Source of the DNA: Azolla caroliniana
Taxonomy: Eukaryota > Plantae > Polypodiophyta
Assembly (NCBI GenBank): GCA_043228905.1
Contig: JBHGNT010000010.1
Span: 19,964,001-20,028,000 of the forward strand
Length of the DNA stretch: 64,000 bases
Reading direction: 5' to 3'
The notes below the pieces were generated by a model. It made no database searches and was not told the DNA's origin. It was given only the letters and a program-made list of their open reading frames with translations. The translations under genes were made by a program, and so were the position numbers. Below are positions 60,562 to 64,000 of this stretch, one piece after another; the stretch's first letter is position 1; each line of letters opens with the position of its first letter.

Positions 60562-63500
60562 TGTCGTGAAGAAAACCATCCACAAGCGGAATCGGTGCAC
60601 CGGAGCGTAGGAACCGGCTCATCATACACGTACGCCTTATGTTGTACATAGAAGATCCTAGGTAGGTAGGTTCGGTAGGTAGGAAATTAATGGGAAACGG
60701 CTCCTTCCTTGCCTATAAAAGGAGGGAGACGAGGAGGGGAGAGGGGATCGCGGAATCAGAGAAGACGAAGTGTTGTCGGGTTGTCGGCCGAAGGCTTCTC
60801 TCTCTTCCAAACTCCATAGCTTCTTTCTGTGCAGGTTTCGGGAGGCTCGCGCTGCTCTGAGGAATGCCTAATTGCTTCCAGCAGCACCTCCAACCTACTC
60901 CCTTCTTTCTGTGCGTTTACGAACAGGCATCGGCATCTGTTTGCCGGCCTGTTCGGTTGTAACCGCTTTCGTGCTTCCTGTTGTTTGTCTCTGTTAATAT
61001 ATACATACATACCTTCGTGTCTCTCTGTGTTGTTTTCCCGCTCGCGTCTTCGTGTTGAAGGGCCGTGTCCCTGTGGACCTACGCTCGAACCTAGTGGGTC
61101 TCTTCCCTTCTCCTTTCTCTCTTGCTGTTCGGTACAAGACCCCCGAGGTCCCGCCTCATTCCACGCATCCGCGAGGAATACCTCGACATCTTGGTGAACC
61201 CGACGTGAAGGAGGCGGCAGAAGAGCAGAAGATGAGGGGGTCGGATCTTGCAGAGGCCATGGCTTCGGCCGTGGATCGGATATTGAGCACACGCGAGGGC
61301 ACCGGCGCCCTCGACAGAGCCATTGAGGCAGTTGTTGGTACGATCGGCCGGTTCAGCGGAAAGGATGCTACGAAGTATTTGGCGTCCTACGGGGCAGAAA
61401 TGCTGATGCGAGACATTCCGGAAGAGAGGCGTCTTGCCGGGTTCCCTCGAGTGGCGATGCCGAGCATCCATGCGGAGGTGCTCGAGGTACGGGCGGAGAG
61501 CTGTACCTGGGAGGAGTTCGAAGGCCGACTCCTAGAGAAATACGGGCTGGAAGACGCGCTCCGGCTTTCGAAACGGGACTTCATGGTATGGGTGGAGTCC
61601 CCCGGCAAGGAAAGAAACGCGTCGGCACTCCTCCGGGAGTTTGAGGAGCGCTTTGCGCGCCTTTCGGCGCTTGACTGAACCGTTCTGGATACGAGCCGGG
61701 TCCTACTGTTCGTCAAGTCGGTGGACGAGCGGGATCGGGATCAAGTCGGCTGCTTGCTAGAAACCGAAGACGGGCTGAGGACCGACTCGACTGCGGTTAA
61801 GAGAGTCTGTGGCCGTTTTGACAAACGACGAGAATGGGCTGACAACGGGGCGGCCGGAGCGGGCTCTGTCACAGCAATGAGGCTTGAACCGGCACCACAA
61901 GGGCGAAGGGCAGGGACACGGGAGTGGCTCGAAACCGGTTCGGCTTCAACCGGCATGGTCGATGACTCGTCCGGAGGAGCAGCGCTGGAGGAGTTGACGC
62001 GGGCGATAAAGGGTCTCCAAATCGCCCAGACTCGAAGGGAAGGAGGCGAACCGGCTCGTGACCGACGGCGAACAGGTGCATGTGGTGCGACGAGGTCGGC
62101 CACATTCGGAAGGAATGCGGCGATTTCGCAGAGGCGTTGAGGAACCGGGTGGTGTACCTGTGGGAAGGTCGGGTGCATGCCGGCGATACCAGAAGGGCCC
62201 TAAACCGAAACGACTGATGGAAGAGGTAGCGGCCCGACACGTGGAGGCCATCCACTACTTGGCGTCGGCCGGTATTCGGGTCGGGGGCAGCGAGGCCCGA
62301 AAGGAGAGCAAAGACGGATTTTGGTCGGCAATGCTGGAAGGCCTTGCTGGCGCACGACTAAGGAAAGATGAAACGGACCGCGCTGAGAGACGGGTCCGGG
62401 AAATAACCGGGTGGAGCGATCCGGTCGAGGAGAAGACGGGCTTCGTAGAAGCCGCCTGCCGGAACTACGAGGCTCTGGTAGAAGACAAACGAGTGGGGAA
62501 AGCCGGAGCGGTCGGGCCCTCACAACGGTACGAGACCCGATTTGGGCAACGACGAAACGATGCCGGTGGGTCCAGCTCGCAAGATAACCCCAGGAAGGGC
62601 GGATACCGACTGGGGATGGAAATAGAAAGGACTACGGACCTACGAAAGGTCCTAGAAGAACGGATCCTCGACTAGAAGGAGTTCCACGACTCCATTGTGG
62701 ACCTGGTGAAACGGAAGAGGCTGTCGACGGAGACGGAACCGGAAAGACCGGTGGAGGTGCGGACGATGCACATCGACGACATGGCGCTGGAAGATGAGTG
62801 GACGGAGAGCCACTATTGAAGGCCGCACTGGGCCCGAGCGACCACAGAGACCCCGGTAAAGATCGGAGATGTTCAGGAACCGGTGGTGGCATTGGTGGAC
62901 CACGGTTTGGAAATAAACCTGATGTCCATGGACTTCTATAGGAAGGGAAAGTGGCCGATCAACACCAAGCACGGGTGGAAGATACGGGCGGCGACGCGCG
63001 CCACCGAGGAACTGCACGGGGCCTGCCCGAACGTGCGAGTCAAGATTGGCGACGTCGAGATTGACCAGCACTTCTTCGTACAGGAGACGTCCTCGCACCC
63101 GGTCATATTAGGGAAACCATACATCACGGCGGCGCGGATGGAGACCAAGGTGCTAGACAACGGTTCGGCCTACGCGAGGGTCAAAAGCCAGGACGGGCGC
63201 CATTCGGTCCAATTTCTGACGGTGCGACCGAACCACGAGCGAAACCGCGAATCCCTCGGTAGCGAGAACCGGGAGGATTTTTAGAGAGGGCTGCCAAGGC
63301 GTGGGGCCGAGACAGTCCGGACACTCGGGAAAGACCCCACAGCTGTACGATAGAACCGAAACCGAAGAAACCTTGTACGATAGGTAGAAAATTCTGCTTC
63401 TCCAACAACGGAGGGTGTATGATGGTTGGCATCGTTGGCCGAGAAAGGGCAAGGGCGGAGGAGCGACTTCGAGCGTGCGGAGTTCTCGGGCCGGACGAGG

Positions 63501-64000
63501 AAATCAGCGGGGCCGTGGAGGCGGTCTCCTTCGACGACACCTTGGGGATGCTGAGGAAGGTAGCCGGAGAAGACCTTAACGAAGACCGGATGATACCGGT
63601 ATGTTCCGAAGAGATGTACGAAGTCATCGCGAACTTCAGCCAGGGGCTCCGGTCGGATCGGATGGCCCGAGTTAGCACGAAGTACAAGACTGTGGACCGG
63701 AAGGTAAGTTCAGTCGCGGCACCCTTACCGGAGGGCAGCGAGTCCCGAATCAGAGGGGTTGCGTCGGACCCCAGTTTACGAGATCCGGCCTGCATAGGAC
63801 ACACCTTCACCGACGGGACGCTCTGGGAGCTCAAGATCGGTGGGGGCGGGTTCCTACTGTCGGCGGAGGAAGACCGGTTTCGGAGAATGCTCGGAAGGCA
63901 CGGGAAAGCCTTCGCATTTTCGCCGGAAGAGATTGGGTGCGTAGACCCGACAATCGTGGAGCCGACGGTGATATTCACGGTACCGCATGTGTCGTGGAAT
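60562..64000 (+). mobile_element. Family A element: LTR 60562-61188, PBS 61192-61209, gag-protease and start of pol, running off the window
   Basis: Collinear with 55196-58600. Confidence 0.95.
63275..63340 (+). promoter_or_regulatory. Second copy of the putative -1 frameshift signal
   Basis: GGATTTT-TAG; GTGGGG/CCCCAC; the -1 frame is open to the window end and enters RT (VIFTVPHV). Confidence 0.7.

Overview
Repeat-dominated eukaryotic window from a non-seed land plant, probably a fern (inferred from PLS-type PPR remnants and the LTR lineages; not provable here). There is one apparently intact host gene, 16138-17208, an intronless membrane-anchored FkbM-like SAM methyltransferase. It sits in an AT-rich island between two nests of retroelements. 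Family A is a GC-rich Ty3/gypsy group with tRNA-Trp primer sites, an RT resembling fungal gypsy elements and a likely -1 frameshift between protease and RT; its insertions are centred on CpG. Family B is one young, nearly intact AT-rich Ty3/gypsy element (29083-38715, minus strand) with a 1830-aa gag-pol and a long extra 3' ORF. Family C is a set of Tork/TNT1-like copia elements with a 54-bp VNTR in the LTR. Other copia, chromovirus-like and LINE remnants and several solo LTRs are also present. The most unusual signal is in element B: it has no polypurine tract, and a tRNA-Arg 3'-half mimic ending in CCA lies 2 nt before the 3' LTR and is complementary to the element's own PBS. The element is also flanked by a 326-bp target duplication. 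tRNA and lineage assignments come from recalled sequences, not searches.
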